The notes under the pieces were generated by a model. That model did not search any database and was not told where the DNA came from. It was given only the letters and a program-made list of their open reading frames with translations. Positions 11,801 through 19,617 of a stretch of 64,000 nucleotides of DNA are shown piece after piece (positions within the stretch are counted from its first letter, which is position 1; the number at the start of each line of letters is the position of its first letter). A program made the position numbers and the translations under genes. Source of the DNA: Candidatus Ozemobacteraceae bacterium. Lineage in GTDB: Bacteria > Muiribacteriota > Ozemobacteria > Ozemobacterales > Ozemobacteraceae. Location: contig OZ223236.1 in the NCBI GenBank assembly GCA_965140445.1, positions 1,184,001 through 1,248,000 of the forward strand. Reading direction: 5' to 3'.

Positions 11801-14800
11801 AAATGCTAATCTGGAAAGTTACGGGATCTCCAACTTTTATTGAACCATCTGCAGGAACAAGGGCAACCGTAAGATTGCCAATAGATTCCGGTGGCGTGTT
11901 ATCTATAGTAAGAACGTTTGTTGAAGCGGTAGCATAGTTTTGGTCATTATCCCAGAAGGTGATAGTAAAAGATGCTGCCGAAGTCAGAGGATTGGAAGTT
12001 TCGTCGTAAGAACCTGTGCCAATTAAAGTGGTATAAGCGTAAAGTCCACTGCCAGTGTCGACCAGAGGTTGATTAGCGCTCCCACCTATAGCGGATAAAT
12101 TTACTGTTGGCGCAACTCCCTCATTATATAATACTCTGGCGGAAATTTTAATCTCATCTCCAATTCCCAGTGGCTGAACTCCGGCTTCAATTGTAGCTGT
12201 AGCGCCTAAAACTTCGGGAATCTGACAGTCAACTTTATATGCATTTGAAGTTGCCAGGCTTGAGTTTCCTGATAAGTCATAGATCATTGCATTGAAAATA
12301 TGGCTACCAAATTCAGAAGTTGTTGATGCTGTATCAATCAAGTAAGAATAGGATGCGGTATCGCTTGCCATCAAAACGCTTGCGCCCTGTCCGATAGCAG
12401 AAAGATCTATGGTGGCTGTTGCATGATCAACAGAGTATGTTGAATATGGGATTTTGAAGCTTACTATTTTATTAAAGTTTATGGTTCCTGAAACGGAATC
12501 TGTTCTTCCGGGTTTGTTGACTGATGCATCAATAATAAAATCATTGATTGTAATGGGTTGGTTATCTATTGGGATGGCAATAATTGTTGAAGTTGCGTTT
12601 CCAGCGTTATCTGTTGCTGTAATTGTAAATGAGGCAGGGCTTCTGTTTATTGTTCCTGTTGCGACTCCGCCAGGAAGAACATAATCATACCAGCCGCTAT
12701 TGGATGCAGAAGCAGTCATATTAGAAGTGGCTGGCTGTCCAAGTGGAAGCATGTTTATTTGAAGTGATGAAAATTCACCTGTGGCTGTGCTTGCACTGGC
12801 AAGATTTACATGAAATGACAAGAAATCCTGGATTCGAACAAATCCATCGTCAATTGTTGGATTAACAAGATGATATGAATTGGTTCCTACTCCTACGATG
12901 AATGGAGGTTCATTATCAATCATCATTGAGTTGGTATTTGCAGAAACAAGGTGAGCTAAGGCGTCAGATCCTCCGGCAACAGCTGTATCTGAAATTGTTA
13001 CTTTGAAGAAGGTTGTTCCATCTCTAACTATTCCCGCTGCGATTGAGTCAGCAAGAACAAAAGTGGAGCTATAAGTATTTGGTGTTGTAAGTGGAAGTAT
13101 TGTATTTGTACTACTTCCCAACGCACTTAGGTCTACAGTGACAGAGCCGTTTTCAACACCAGTTGTACTAACTGTTATAGTAAAAATGTCTCCAACACTG
13201 ATATTTGCGTCAGAATTGGACAGGGTTGCACTATTTATTACTGGTAAGGTGTTATCGATTGTTATTGCTGGAGAGGTACTGTTTTTTACAATTTGCTCAG
13301 AGTTTTTGTCCAGAACGGTTACCAGAAATGTGTGTGCCACATTGTCTTCAAGAGATCCAGCTGGAATAGTATAAGTTGCAACATAGTTGTCTGTTCCGCT
13401 AACTTTTGGCATTGCCAGAGCAGCTGGCCCACCTATGGAACTTAAGTCAACTGTTGCGGTAAGTGGTGCAATAGTTCCGGTAATTGGGACTGTTGCTGTG
13501 ATTTGAAGCTTGCAAGATGTTGTTGCTACCGTATATGGAGAGTCTGTTCCGTTTGGATAAAAAACGTCTGCATTCAGAACTAGATTTCCATTGTAAAATC
13601 GATGCGTTGGTGTGCTGGAAGCTATTGCATGAGCTAATAAAGCAGCATTTGGCGGTGCTAGAATATCTCTTGCTGTGACAGGAAAGCTCCTTGCGCCTGC
13701 AACAAATGGAATCGCGCCTCCGCTGGCATTTAGTGTAAAGGTCCCTGCATATGTTGTTCCAGATTGAAATGTTAATGGAGAAAAAGGACTTTGCCCGATG
13801 CTTGATAAATCAACAGTTACTGAGCCTGTTTCAAGATTTGTTGCATCAGCTGTTATAGTAAACTGATCGCCAGATAGCACTATAGCTTCTGCGCTAGTGA
13901 TGGTTACATTTGAAATGGTTGGCTGAACATTGTCGATTTGAATTGCCGGGGTAGTTGATTGTAAAACTGTATTCCCTGCTCCATCAACAGCAGAAACCTG
14001 AAAGGTGTGATTGGCTGTATCTTCAATTGAGCCTGCTACTATCGGATAGACGAATTTGTATTCTCCTGTTGGGGACACTGCCATATCCTGGTCGACGGGA
14101 CCACCAATTGGAGACAAATCTACTTTCACAGTAAGTGTGTCGGGAGTAACATTTATTGGTATTGAAGCAACAATTTCTAGAGAACAGGTCGTTGTTGCAA
14201 CGTTCCATGGTGAGTCTGAACCATCCGGGTAAAGAATATTTGCATTCAAATAGTTGAATGCAGGCTTGTCCAGATCTATTTTGAAAATTTTGTCAATCCG
14301 GTTAACATTGCCGCTGTCATCTTTAAAAGTAAAGGTAACAAGCATTGCATCATCTTTTATTTGTCCCGTGCTTAAATTTACAGTTGTCTGCCAGACTGCC
14401 GGATTTCCATCGCCAGCCGAGCTTATAGGTGCACCAAAATCCAATCCGGTGTTGATTGTTGCCGGAGTTGCCCCTGAAGTTAAAAGGGGGATTGTAACGC
14501 TTGCGGTTTCTCCATCAAACTGACTTACAGCGGCCGTCAATCGAAGAACATCTCCATCTAACGCAGTTGTATTGCCAGAAACTATTTCAACCTTGGTTGT
14601 AACTGTATCAACAACTGGTGGTCGGGTATCTAAAATAAAATCATTTGATATAAAGGTTTGAATTGGATTTAGAGGATCTTTAAGACTGATACTTAATGGG
14701 CCCGTATACTCTTTATTGACGAGATACAATTGAGTCGTTGCGTCAAGGGTTAAGCGGAACAGTCCGCCTGCTCCAGTATATGGAACAGCAACATTGTTTA

Positions 14801-15362
14801 CTCCTCCAATTGGTGTGAGATCTACTGTAGCTTTTGTGCCACCATTTGGCGCTGATTGGTATCTGTTATCTGTGATGCTAATGGTAATGTCTTGTCCATT
14901 TGCTACTACTGCTGGTGATACAGTTGGAGATTGCCCGTCAACCTGTGCTAAATCAACAAGAATAGAGTTTGTTTGATTAGATAATGTGTCGGTTGTTGAT
15001 TGACAACCGACGGTCACGTCAGTTAGGGCGGGAGTATTAATATAGTTCAGAGCATCAACTGGCTGACTTAAAACTACGTCAGCTCTATAAAGTCCTGTTG
15101 TAGCATTCACCAGGTTCATCGAAAACTGACCCAGACCAAAGTTAGCACAATCGACATAAGGAGCTATTATCCATGCAGTGGTTGGCGCGGTATAGGTTGC
15201 AATGGCTTCAACTCTTACTGTGTCTCCAATATTGGTATAACCGTCCCCATCAACAATTGGGGATAAACTTAATGTTGATAGATAGGTTGCAGCCGAAGCT
15301 GAACCTATAAAAAATAATTGGAGAACTGCTATAGCGAAAAATAGCGCCAAATATCGCTTCAT
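2841..15362 (-). CDS. Giant (4173 aa) secreted protein with many Ig-like repeats (Big/SbsA-type), an internal FlgD-Ig-like domain and a C-terminal YPNP/FlgD-type domain
   Basis: Signal peptide; repeated 'TVDLSxIG', 'DxAGN', 'IDNxxP' and 'F[SDN]E[PA]M' motifs; YWDGTNTAGSVVIDGIY; C-terminal YPNP...IYDSAGHKVKTL...WDLSNDRGKTVSNGVYF; AGGAG RBS. Confidence 0.85.
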   Translation of the reverse strand: MKRYLALFFAIAVLQLFFIGSASAATYLSTLSLSPIVDGDGYTNIGDTVRVEAIATYTAPTTAWIIAPYVDCANFGLGQFSMNLVNATTGLYRADVVLSQPVDALNYINTPALTDVTVGCQSTTDTLSNQTNSILVDLAQVDGQSPTVSPAVVANGQDITISITDNRYQSAPNGGTKATVDLTPIGGVNNVAVPYTGAGGLFRLTLDATTQLYLVNKEYTGPLSISLKDPLNPIQTFISNDFILDTRPPVVDTVTTKVEIVSGNTTALDGDVLRLTAAVSQFDGETASVTIPLLTSGATPATINTGLDFGAPISSAGDGNPAVWQTTVNLSTGQIKDDAMLVTFTFKDDSGNVNRIDKIFKIDLDKPAFNYLNANILYPDGSDSPWNVATTTCSLEIVASIPINVTPDTLTVKVDLSPIGGPVDQDMAVSPTGEYKFVYPIVAGSIEDTANHTFQVSAVDGAGNTVLQSTTPAIQIDNVQPTISNVTITSAEAIVLSGDQFTITADATNLETGSVTVDLSSIGQSPFSPLTFQSGTTYAGTFTLNASGGAIPFVAGARSFPVTARDILAPPNAALLAHAIASSTPTHRFYNGNLVLNADVFYPNGTDSPYTVATTSCKLQITATVPITGTIAPLTATVDLSSIGGPAALAMPKVSGTDNYVATYTIPAGSLEDNVAHTFLVTVLDKNSEQIVKNSTSPAITIDNTLPVINSATLSNSDANISVGDIFTITVSTTGVENGSVTVDLSALGSSTNTILPLTTPNTYSSTFVLADSIAAGIVRDGTTFFKVTISDTAVAGGSDALAHLVSANTNSMMIDNEPPFIVGVGTNSYHLVNPTIDDGFVRIQDFLSFHVNLASASTATGEFSSLQINMLPLGQPATSNMTASASNSGWYDYVLPGGVATGTINRSPASFTITATDNAGNATSTIIAIPIDNQPITINDFIIDASVNKPGRTDSVSGTINFNKIVSFKIPYSTYSVDHATATIDLSAIGQGASVLMASDTASYSYLIDTASTTSEFGSHIFNAMIYDLSGNSSLATSNAYKVDCQIPEVLGATATIEAGVQPLGIGDEIKISARVLYNEGVAPTVNLSAIGGSANQPLVDTGSGLYAYTTLIGTGSYDETSNPLTSAASFTITFWDNDQNYATASTNVLTIDNTPPESIGNLTVALVPADGSIKVGDPVTFQISISNTSNPGTATIDLSPIGFTTSEQMTYNGLGTYTLNVTSAIATQSFIDYKFKAKLTDKNDNLIIVESAKIAKVDCQPASFTTPGILISTTNNDNPIATVANINDVITVYASASPYLDLAMIHATIGSGSVDFATATMNFNASTNRHEAVFTVGAPGTANWGILDNNTLDFKLTATDTIGNVSTMVTGTSVFTVRNIPPAISISSFTLNPDYLAQTAGPLPVYNVGSSTSGDLLFGYVKVASSVPILNAWLDFASVASGQVALTVTGDSATSTVGVKASALPPVDYEEKDILITVQDQAGNKVSASQTFIIDNVFPKITSANFNGATLTVNLSEEYETGSIDTDQLKIVGSNTLPLDFEVNLSLATAIVSDGLFSFDISLTLAQQKAIAQWASTPIYLQVAHTKTTAPLTDRAGNWLPTVNYHPINITDSSWREAGRITQFTMVQNWPAPTKINLYFSKNMDRDSLIASNAVLITSPLTYDFTDIDYTTGYIFNATDSVNWVDDSHLEITLNASATYWVAKKLTNNTSTKLMFATRSSAHVFLRDPLDRAMANVPTSAPIAALDNRPVAGFSINGPALEPIIDMSSQTLAFSTTDEMLLFANDFKTLNATGPELIMPVPSLSKAVTTFHNQISLYDIDAGTNTVLQLKDLEIPSDNRVATNTLVLKLTNQDIQNILNLFQGNATPDWRLKINSGAFHNWWGTPNTAYLPSGNPGAVTVTSPTGYTGATLAACSSADKPPVGIKTPSGLIFEVEVFPPQIGSVSVPIQTQIHPTAKIVRQDNPATTLTGANFVSVGTRTVNGVTRTVFRFTNSSAFPINLQRVPAMVQVDGITDVFSNVTNNILASQCYDLNSKNDLTATGFNDTASPTLLIDSQSPVVSNIVPAGIIGRIPANTSFKIIFDEPMNQTVIPTFRLATTTQTLSFSYSSWISSTTVEFKNNIAFDSSITNGTWTYEVSNAKDEADNSQTGVSSTLVQIRTDSPEVQAGNIHITTRQDIVDPSVDLTDNVWSTAVSPGYAVFKVKYDSIPTKHLPHYLALYDSLDAKIGDVVLATNLFSTNGTATFNLSDFDVAPASAGPLVYSVKIIDSAANVTGALKDINFDTLPPDIAAANFANVGSTTTSGITYYSPINGNFTLSAVTASTNDELRLAIRSTMATSTLAMTHSSALNYTVSHGVNLANGSYTLTIIDAAGNPAPAFTAKEFVVDNARPNVVAITPSDLIGNCGAGAMNFRVAFSEPMDASAVNTPVLQLATSTAGTIIPMTFVKWEDPDLATTAVFMNTNAIDTSLPTGTYTYRLTGGVDLAQNSIIPVADGQFNVEIMTKGPFATIYTLTDQTHIYGPTSALVSNGAFNPAYGNGSATIRIDYPSGQFSSPHTLGIYDAANSDNQVATYAIPLGDPVEISFTGASGTWNAVDGTYKFKILDGAGNLSGSFLPTSLVYDTIVPDITAIKLKNSNSIATVTAAYPGLAWYYSPVQASATFEFTTTATDSVKLIIGNTLATISSDLTAGTGIQSGLLNSALADGPYFITCADSAGNMATGIASTAIMIVDTVSPTVTSVSPGLVGGLAAGVGTFSVTFSEPMNTASAPTLMLSTGSATIPSVTVPMTFVQWSDGTTCRFTNTNDINSSIPPGTYSFQISNAIDVAGNKNTNPATGTFEIELFTTPPAFSATLRSQQAYRLGNTEILNAPFSPIASPTVATLSVSYNQGPFQVPHSVLVYDATNAQVASIALDPGVSNAASVTVNAAFFGTPGLIGPATYSFKLLDNIGNLSATCSTHLVYDAVEPEIQVATITTVSDASTMPLYYNPSLHGNLNVAFQAVATDQLILIVASGTATHSYVMETNYVSGKSNYSIPSSETNSFQQGLYYISAFDLAGNPATGTASVTPIIFDWTAPSINSVVAMGGLPLSSSPAGQATFTVTFNEAMNQLASAVPNLTLATTSRQIVCTFTSWLSPTQAQFVTAEAITTEIPQGDYSCAVRAFDVTGNVVSNLSAATISIRSRGPAVSSFKTSSFQSTTASSATEILTNAPFSFAVSPNAATMSIQLQSLPDSLPTYLHFTLADVTVASYVLALDGNNAATFTWSTATGPAPIGPTTYVMKLADGSGDFSIENFSWTMDASAPSVLSQAITGGETATAAVYFNPGIHGVISARYSAVENESPLIRVRGTNSTDTYQMAADGTNYWIGAFNGRYSRGTDPKAVMPDGTYVFDMVDRAGNVALLASGSALSSTVIIDTKAPGISTYSLLLAGNPVTTFSPSGGTLEIGITTPEILGETGIYWIEVLNSSDVRIKKLPILNVLGNYKAYWDGTNTAGSVVIDGIYKFRALDYTGNKASGTASINAITSRFKITGINQISSTSVKIWMNHPIDATSIAGANISTTGLTVSNIALAESQALTMNVSPAMSHQTSYTFTIATGTLRSIHGALIAGPENAGILVADGQGPKVSSVSFEGLSGQQEFKLVFDELFSPTSASNVSNYSLVGPSGAVSVVQATPQSDQKTVLITAASSLIENASYTIFVTNVQDKFGNPTPTSGNSYSFVGRDLTPPVLEVSAFSNPANEYDIIVVVTSNEKLQTAPSLQIAQSNASVVTTAMQAGAATGSYMIGVHLSPSYPGNGTLVAYGKDAAGNQGTGNSTFTVAYLSANVAASVKSQDNSMLVVMNKNSLKKASMLKILEHKLQTTQNKIIPKLQEMLRASSLSLSSTDQSELSPISEGYEIDLPRANISGLFSVEVGTPATYTTGMGLFKQNGDKWDFVSASRNKTGNLYTQTNETGVYAILLDGKAPEIKLSNKDQEIEEFNTARPEFTGTITDNGSGVDATELSASIDNGPSQPVRFDGAGNFWFKPMSELTGGDHELVISAVDKTGNRANSAAIRFAVIAPLSITQIMQYPNPARRKTFIRISANRNDINEDFINVRIYDSAGHKVKTLNGIRAVRESWGVNSRFLYDIPWDLSNDRGKTVSNGVYFAKVTVRDPDNPSKKIKRVHKLAVLR

Positions 15363-15450
15363 TACTACTCCTTATTTGGCCGGACTGTTTGCCTTATTTG
15401 ATGTATATTTAGCCCAGGCTTTTTTATATTCAGATAGTTATTCCCCCTGT

Positions 15451-15478
15451 TTATCGGCAATATTTGCCCGTAACTTTA
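15451..15478 (-). promoter_or_regulatory. sigma28 (FliA/SigD)-type promoter
   Basis: TAAAGTTA-N12-GCCGATAA, near-perfect match to the TAAAGTTT-N11/12-GCCGATAA consensus, ~90 nt upstream of the giant gene. Confidence 0.7.
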
Positions 15479-15557
15479 GCTATCTGGTTCAATTCTTGAT
15501 AACCATTTTGTGGTGGGCTATTGGCTTATAAAAATCCTTATGATAAAATCCATGGAT

Positions 15558-16403
15558 ATGGAAAAGACAAAAATGGAATTCGGAAAGGTAATTTCGGCCG
15601 ACTCTCATCTTTTTAATACTGATGGGAAGATTGGACCTCTTTCTCTGAGAGGAAGAAGTAGCTCTATCATTTCTCTTTTTACTCTTGAAGGTCGTCTTAT
15701 TACAGTTTCCAGCCAGGAAATAGGCTGCGGACCGGATTTTATTGTTTGTGAATCATTGCCTGATAATCAGCTGGAGCTTCCAGAAGACGGTTGGATACTG
15801 GAAGATAGGAAGTTAAAAATTCCCTTTGTAACGCAGTTGGATTTTTCGGAGGCAAAAAAGTTTAATTCATCTGAATTCTCGGTTGTAACAGATTTTCCGG
15901 GGCATTTAGAGCATTTACTCTCCAGAATTCTACGGAATAATCAGGGCGAAGGAGAGGAGCAACTCAGAGCCAGATTAGCTCGTCTCTCGTCGGCCTTGTT
16001 GGCAAGGCAGACCGAATCTGTAGAAATTCCGCTTGTAGACCTGGTTGGTTATGGACAAGGAACTATTCCGACTGGAGATGCTGCAATTTGTGGAATGTTA
16101 TTAACCGCAAGAAGCTTTTCTCTTGGTCAGCGAATAAAAGTAAATTGGTTTAGTCGCTTATCTATGGAACTTAGAAGATTCATTCATCGAACATCTCCTC
16201 ATGGCAAGAATTGGTTAAATTATGCTCTTGAAGGAAGAACCTCAGAGTTGCAAAAGCGTTTTTTCAAAGCAATGGCCGATGATTTTGAGTGTGCAGATGA
16301 GATTGTTGTAAAAAATATGGTTGCTGATCATATTTTTAACGGGCAGGCTTTTATTACTGGTGCTAATTTTGCCCTGGATATGATCAGAGATCGATTCTTC
16401 TAA
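15558..16403 (+). CDS. DUF2877 (YahE/YlbF/AllH-like) family protein, divergent
   Basis: LVGYGQGTIPTGDAAICG resembles the family motif LIGLGPGLTPSGDDFLxG; start uncertain (15510-15573). Confidence 0.6.
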   Translation: MEKTKMEFGKVISADSHLFNTDGKIGPLSLRGRSSSIISLFTLEGRLITVSSQEIGCGPDFIVCESLPDNQLELPEDGWILEDRKLKIPFVTQLDFSEAKKFNSSEFSVVTDFPGHLEHLLSRILRNNQGEGEEQLRARLARLSSALLARQTESVEIPLVDLVGYGQGTIPTGDAAICGMLLTARSFSLGQRIKVNWFSRLSMELRRFIHRTSPHGKNWLNYALEGRTSELQKRFFKAMADDFECADEIVVKNMVADHIFNGQAFITGANFALDMIRDRFF

Positions 16404-16436
16404 AAAAAAAGATCCCGCCGGGACTAGCGGCGGGAT
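16402..16436 (-). terminator. Rho-independent terminator
   Basis: ATCCCGCCG/CGGCGGGAT stem with adjacent A9, between convergent genes. Confidence 0.75.
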
Positions 16437-16464
16437 GCAGAGCAAAGACTATAATAACCAGGGG

Positions 16465-16989
16465 CTAGGCAGGGATTGCGTTAGCCATCATTGGATTATA
16501 TTTAAGGGTGGTTTGAAAAAAGATTTCCTCGGGAGTTCTCAAATTTGGGGATTTTTGCTGCTTCTGAGCATCTTCTGTGTTTGCGCTCTGTGAAGACATT
16601 ACTTTATCAAGCTGCTGAAAGAAGCCTTCGATATCTTTTATCGATTTTTCTTTCATCATGGGGTGACTTTTTAGCTCAGTTTTCAAAGCTCCGATTTCTT
16701 CCGGTGAGAATCTGTCGCCAATATTCTTCAGGAAAGCTTTGCTGTCTGAAGAAATTCCATTTTTGAAAACTTTTGATGCGACTGCTGAAGCGGCTAGAGA
16801 TATTTGATTTTTCCGAGGCATTTCATCTGTCATAGACCAGAACTGATTTAAAAGATCATCCTGCTGAAGCTCACTGTGCTTCATTTTTTTGCCTTCATTG
16901 TCAAAGCTTAAAGCTTTTGATTGGCGGTTCGCAGAATTTGGCCTCTGGGCATTGTTAAAAAGGCTCTGATTAAAACTTCCTACATTCAT
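16465..16989 (-). CDS. Hypothetical protein (174 aa)
   Basis: Start reassigned to MNVGSFNQ because GGAGG lies 6 nt upstream and a sigma28-like promoter is just upstream. Confidence 0.7.
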   Translation of the reverse strand: MNVGSFNQSLFNNAQRPNSANRQSKALSFDNEGKKMKHSELQQDDLLNQFWSMTDEMPRKNQISLAASAVASKVFKNGISSDSKAFLKNIGDRFSPEEIGALKTELKSHPMMKEKSIKDIEGFFQQLDKVMSSQSANTEDAQKQQKSPNLRTPEEIFFQTTLKYNPMMANAIPA

Positions 16990-17020
16990 GGTTTGCCTCC
17001 TGATTTCTATTCTTCGATAG

Positions 17021-17048
17021 TTATCGGAAGGTTGCCCCACATGCATTA
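17021..17048 (-). promoter_or_regulatory. sigma28-like promoter candidate
   Basis: TAATGCAT-N12-TCCGATAA. Confidence 0.5.
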
Positions 17049-17056
17049 GAGTTTTT

Positions 17057-17947
17057 TTAATTTTTCTTAAAAATCTTTTTCATTCTGACAATATTGCCAG
17101 AACCCAGATACTCAAATTCATCGAACTGGAGCTGAGTTAGAAGCACTCCTCTGCCGTGTGTGCTTAACAAATTCTCTGGGTCAGTTGGATCGGGAAGATT
17201 TTTAAAATCAAAACCATTTCCCTCGTCTTTTATCAGCCATTCACAAGAATTTTCATCTCGTTTAAAAGAAACATTTACAGTTCGAGCTTTAATCCTTGGA
17301 GAATTCCTGCGCTCTTCAATTAGCTCAAGATAAGCCCTTAAATCGCCTTCCTGGGCGATGGTCTTTTCATCATACGTGATTTCAAGATTTCCATGTTCAA
17401 TGGCATTGGTCAGCATTTCGACCAGGCCAAGATAGATTCCTAACCTTGCTTCACCAGAAACAGCGCCTTCAGTTTCCTGCATTAATCTGTCAGCTATTTT
17501 TCCAACCAATTCAAGTCGGTTTTCAAATTGCATTTCAAGTTCCCGGCGCTTAATCATTCCAAGAACTTCTCTTTGCTGAGTTCTCTGATGAAGAATTGTG
17601 GAATACTTTTTCATCAATGCAACAATGTCGGATTTGGTGAAAGGTTTGCCTATATAATCGTTTGCCCTTCGACGCAGAGCTTTAAGGGTATATTCCGCAG
17701 CATCCATAGAAGTGGTGATTACTACGACGGTGTTATTGTCTTCTTTTCTTATTTTTTCAAGAAGCTCAAGCCCATTCATTCTTGGCATGTTGATGTCAGA
17801 AAGAATTATATCGGGCTTTTCTTCTTTGTAGATTTTGTAAGCTTCGACTCCGTCTTCGGCGTCAAAAATTCCGTATCCCTCTTTGGAAAGAAATCTTCTT
17901 ATAAGTTGCCTGATATGGGCTTCATCGTCGACGATTAAAACTTTCAT
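17057..17947 (-). CDS. Response regulator: receiver domain fused to RsbW-like HATPase_c (anti-sigma kinase) domain
   Basis: VLIVDDE, SDINMP and KPF receiver motifs; EMLTNAIEHGN, IKDEGNGFD and HGRGV ATP-binding boxes. Confidence 0.85.
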   Translation of the reverse strand: MKVLIVDDEAHIRQLIRRFLSKEGYGIFDAEDGVEAYKIYKEEKPDIILSDINMPRMNGLELLEKIRKEDNNTVVVITTSMDAAEYTLKALRRRANDYIGKPFTKSDIVALMKKYSTILHQRTQQREVLGMIKRRELEMQFENRLELVGKIADRLMQETEGAVSGEARLGIYLGLVEMLTNAIEHGNLEITYDEKTIAQEGDLRAYLELIEERRNSPRIKARTVNVSFKRDENSCEWLIKDEGNGFDFKNLPDPTDPENLLSTHGRGVLLTQLQFDEFEYLGSGNIVRMKKIFKKN

Positions 17948-18008
17948 CCTTGCCTCTGTATTGTTTCTATTTCAAACTATTATAATAGAAATTTACAAAG
18001 ACTCCAAA

Positions 18009-18045
18009 TAAAAAGCACCGTTTAGCATGAACGCTGAACGGTGCT
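18009..18045 (-). terminator. Rho-independent terminator after hisS
   Basis: AGCACCGTTTAGC/GCTGAACGGTGCT stem plus A-run. Confidence 0.7.
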
Positions 18046-18062
18046 CATAAATCAAAAAAAAC

Positions 18063-19409
18063 TTATTTCAATTTTTTTACAGCTTCTTCCAAAGTAAGGG
18101 TTTCCTGTTCACCAGAAGCAAGATTCTTTATGGTGATTTTGCCTTCAGCTGCTTCATCAGCTCCGATAATACCCACGTAGGTTGCTCCAATTGTTTCAGC
18201 ATAACCAATCTGCTTGCCAAGCTTTGGAGTTTCGGGGAATATTTCAACCTTAATTCCAGCTGCTCTAAGGGTATTTGCTGCTTTAACAACTTTTGCCTTT
18301 GGAGCATCCGAGAAGTGGCAAACCAGCAATTGAGGACCAGAAGCAAGCGAGTCAAATTTTCCCAGCTCTTCCAATACTATTACCAGTCGGTCAAAGCCAA
18401 TAGAAAAACCTACCGCAGGAATCTGCTGTCCCTTAAACATACCAATAAGTCCGTCGTATCTTCCGCCACCACCGATACTGCCGTTAAAGTCAGGGATTCT
18501 GATTTCAAAAATTGGTCCGGTGTAGTAACCAAGACCTCTGGCAAGCGTAGCATCAAGAATGAAATGATCTTTTGCCGGGGATTCCAGTAGTAATTCCTGA
18601 AGCTGTGCTAACTGATTTAAGGAGTCTTGCGCGCTTTCATCTTCGCTTAAAATTTGACGAAGTCTTGAAATTTCATCTGCTTCACTTGAGTTTTCAGGGC
18701 GTTGGAGAATCTTTAAAAGCTTTTCAGAGCTTTCAGAGGAAATTCCTCTTTCGCCAAGCTCTTTTAATACCCCGTCCCGTCCAATTTTGTCCATTTTGTC
18801 TACGGCTACAAGAGTTGTCACTTCTGCATCCATAGAAATATCAGCTGCTTTAATAAGACTTTTTAATAACTGTCGGTGATTTATGTGAATTTTAAAATTT
18901 GTAATTCCAAGGCCTCTGAAGACCTCTGCGACTGCGCCGCAAACTTCGGCTTCTGCAATTATTGATTCTGTGCCCGTTATATCTACGTCACACTGAAGAA
19001 ATTCTCTATATCGGCCTTTACCTGGGCGGTCAGCACGCCAGACCGGTTGAATCTGATACCTTTTGAAAAATTTTGGCAGATTCTTACTGTTGGCTATCAG
19101 TCGTGCAAGCGGAACGGTAAGATCATATCTTAACCCAAGATCCGCAAGATCCTTCTCTTCACAATTTTCTTTTTCTAAAGCTCTTGCCAGCTTATCCCTG
19201 CGGTGCAGGATTCTGAACATGAGCTGGTCACCTTCGTCACCATACTTCCCAAGAAGGGTAGTCAAGTTCTCTATTGAGGGTGTCTCTACTGGTACAAAAC
19301 CATATTTCTCGTAGACTTCTTTTATTCTGTCAGCGACATAGTTTCTTTTAGTTAGTTCTTCTGGTAGGAAATCTCGCATACCGCTGGGCGGTGAAGTCTT
19401 TACGGCCAT
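18063..19409 (-). CDS. hisS: Histidine--tRNA ligase
   Basis: GMRDFLP, LRYDLTVPLAR, WRADRPGKGRYREFLQCDVD, LARGLGYYTG, GGGRYDGL. Confidence 0.97.
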   Translation of the reverse strand: MAVKTSPPSGMRDFLPEELTKRNYVADRIKEVYEKYGFVPVETPSIENLTTLLGKYGDEGDQLMFRILHRRDKLARALEKENCEEKDLADLGLRYDLTVPLARLIANSKNLPKFFKRYQIQPVWRADRPGKGRYREFLQCDVDITGTESIIAEAEVCGAVAEVFRGLGITNFKIHINHRQLLKSLIKAADISMDAEVTTLVAVDKMDKIGRDGVLKELGERGISSESSEKLLKILQRPENSSEADEISRLRQILSEDESAQDSLNQLAQLQELLLESPAKDHFILDATLARGLGYYTGPIFEIRIPDFNGSIGGGGRYDGLIGMFKGQQIPAVGFSIGFDRLVIVLEELGKFDSLASGPQLLVCHFSDAPKAKVVKAANTLRAAGIKVEIFPETPKLGKQIGYAETIGATYVGIIGADEAAEGKITIKNLASGEQETLTLEEAVKKLK

Positions 19410-19415
19410 TTTGTT

Positions 19416-19550
19416 TTATCTTCCTCGAATTAGATGTGCTCCATCGTCACGTCTGAAGCTGTTAGTTGATAACAGAGCTTGGGGAAGATTGTCAATCATG
19501 CCATGCATTCCGTCGAGACCGATATTGCATTGATTCTTAGTTGTATTCAT
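19416..19550 (-). CDS. Small ORF (44 aa) immediately upstream of hisS
   Basis: MNTTKNQCNIGLDGMHGMIDNLPQALLSTNSFRRDDGAHLIRGR*; GGAGG RBS; stop 6 nt before hisS ATG; below ORF-track cutoff. Confidence 0.5.
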   Translation of the reverse strand: MNTTKNQCNIGLDGMHGMIDNLPQALLSTNSFRRDDGAHLIRGR

Positions 19551-19583
19551 AGGTTTTCCTCCGATAAAGCTTATTAATTCTAT

Positions 19584-19609
19584 ATATCGGAAAAATTGTA
19601 ATAACTTCG
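19584..19609 (-). promoter_or_regulatory. sigma28-like promoter candidate
   Basis: CGAAGTTA-N10-TCCGATAT upstream of the small ORF and hisS; spacer is short. Confidence 0.35.
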
Positions 19610-19617
19610 AAGTAATA

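Noticed and set aside
19416..19610. T-box or histidine attenuator upstream of hisS
   Set aside because: No T-box motif, His-codon run or terminator hairpin seen.
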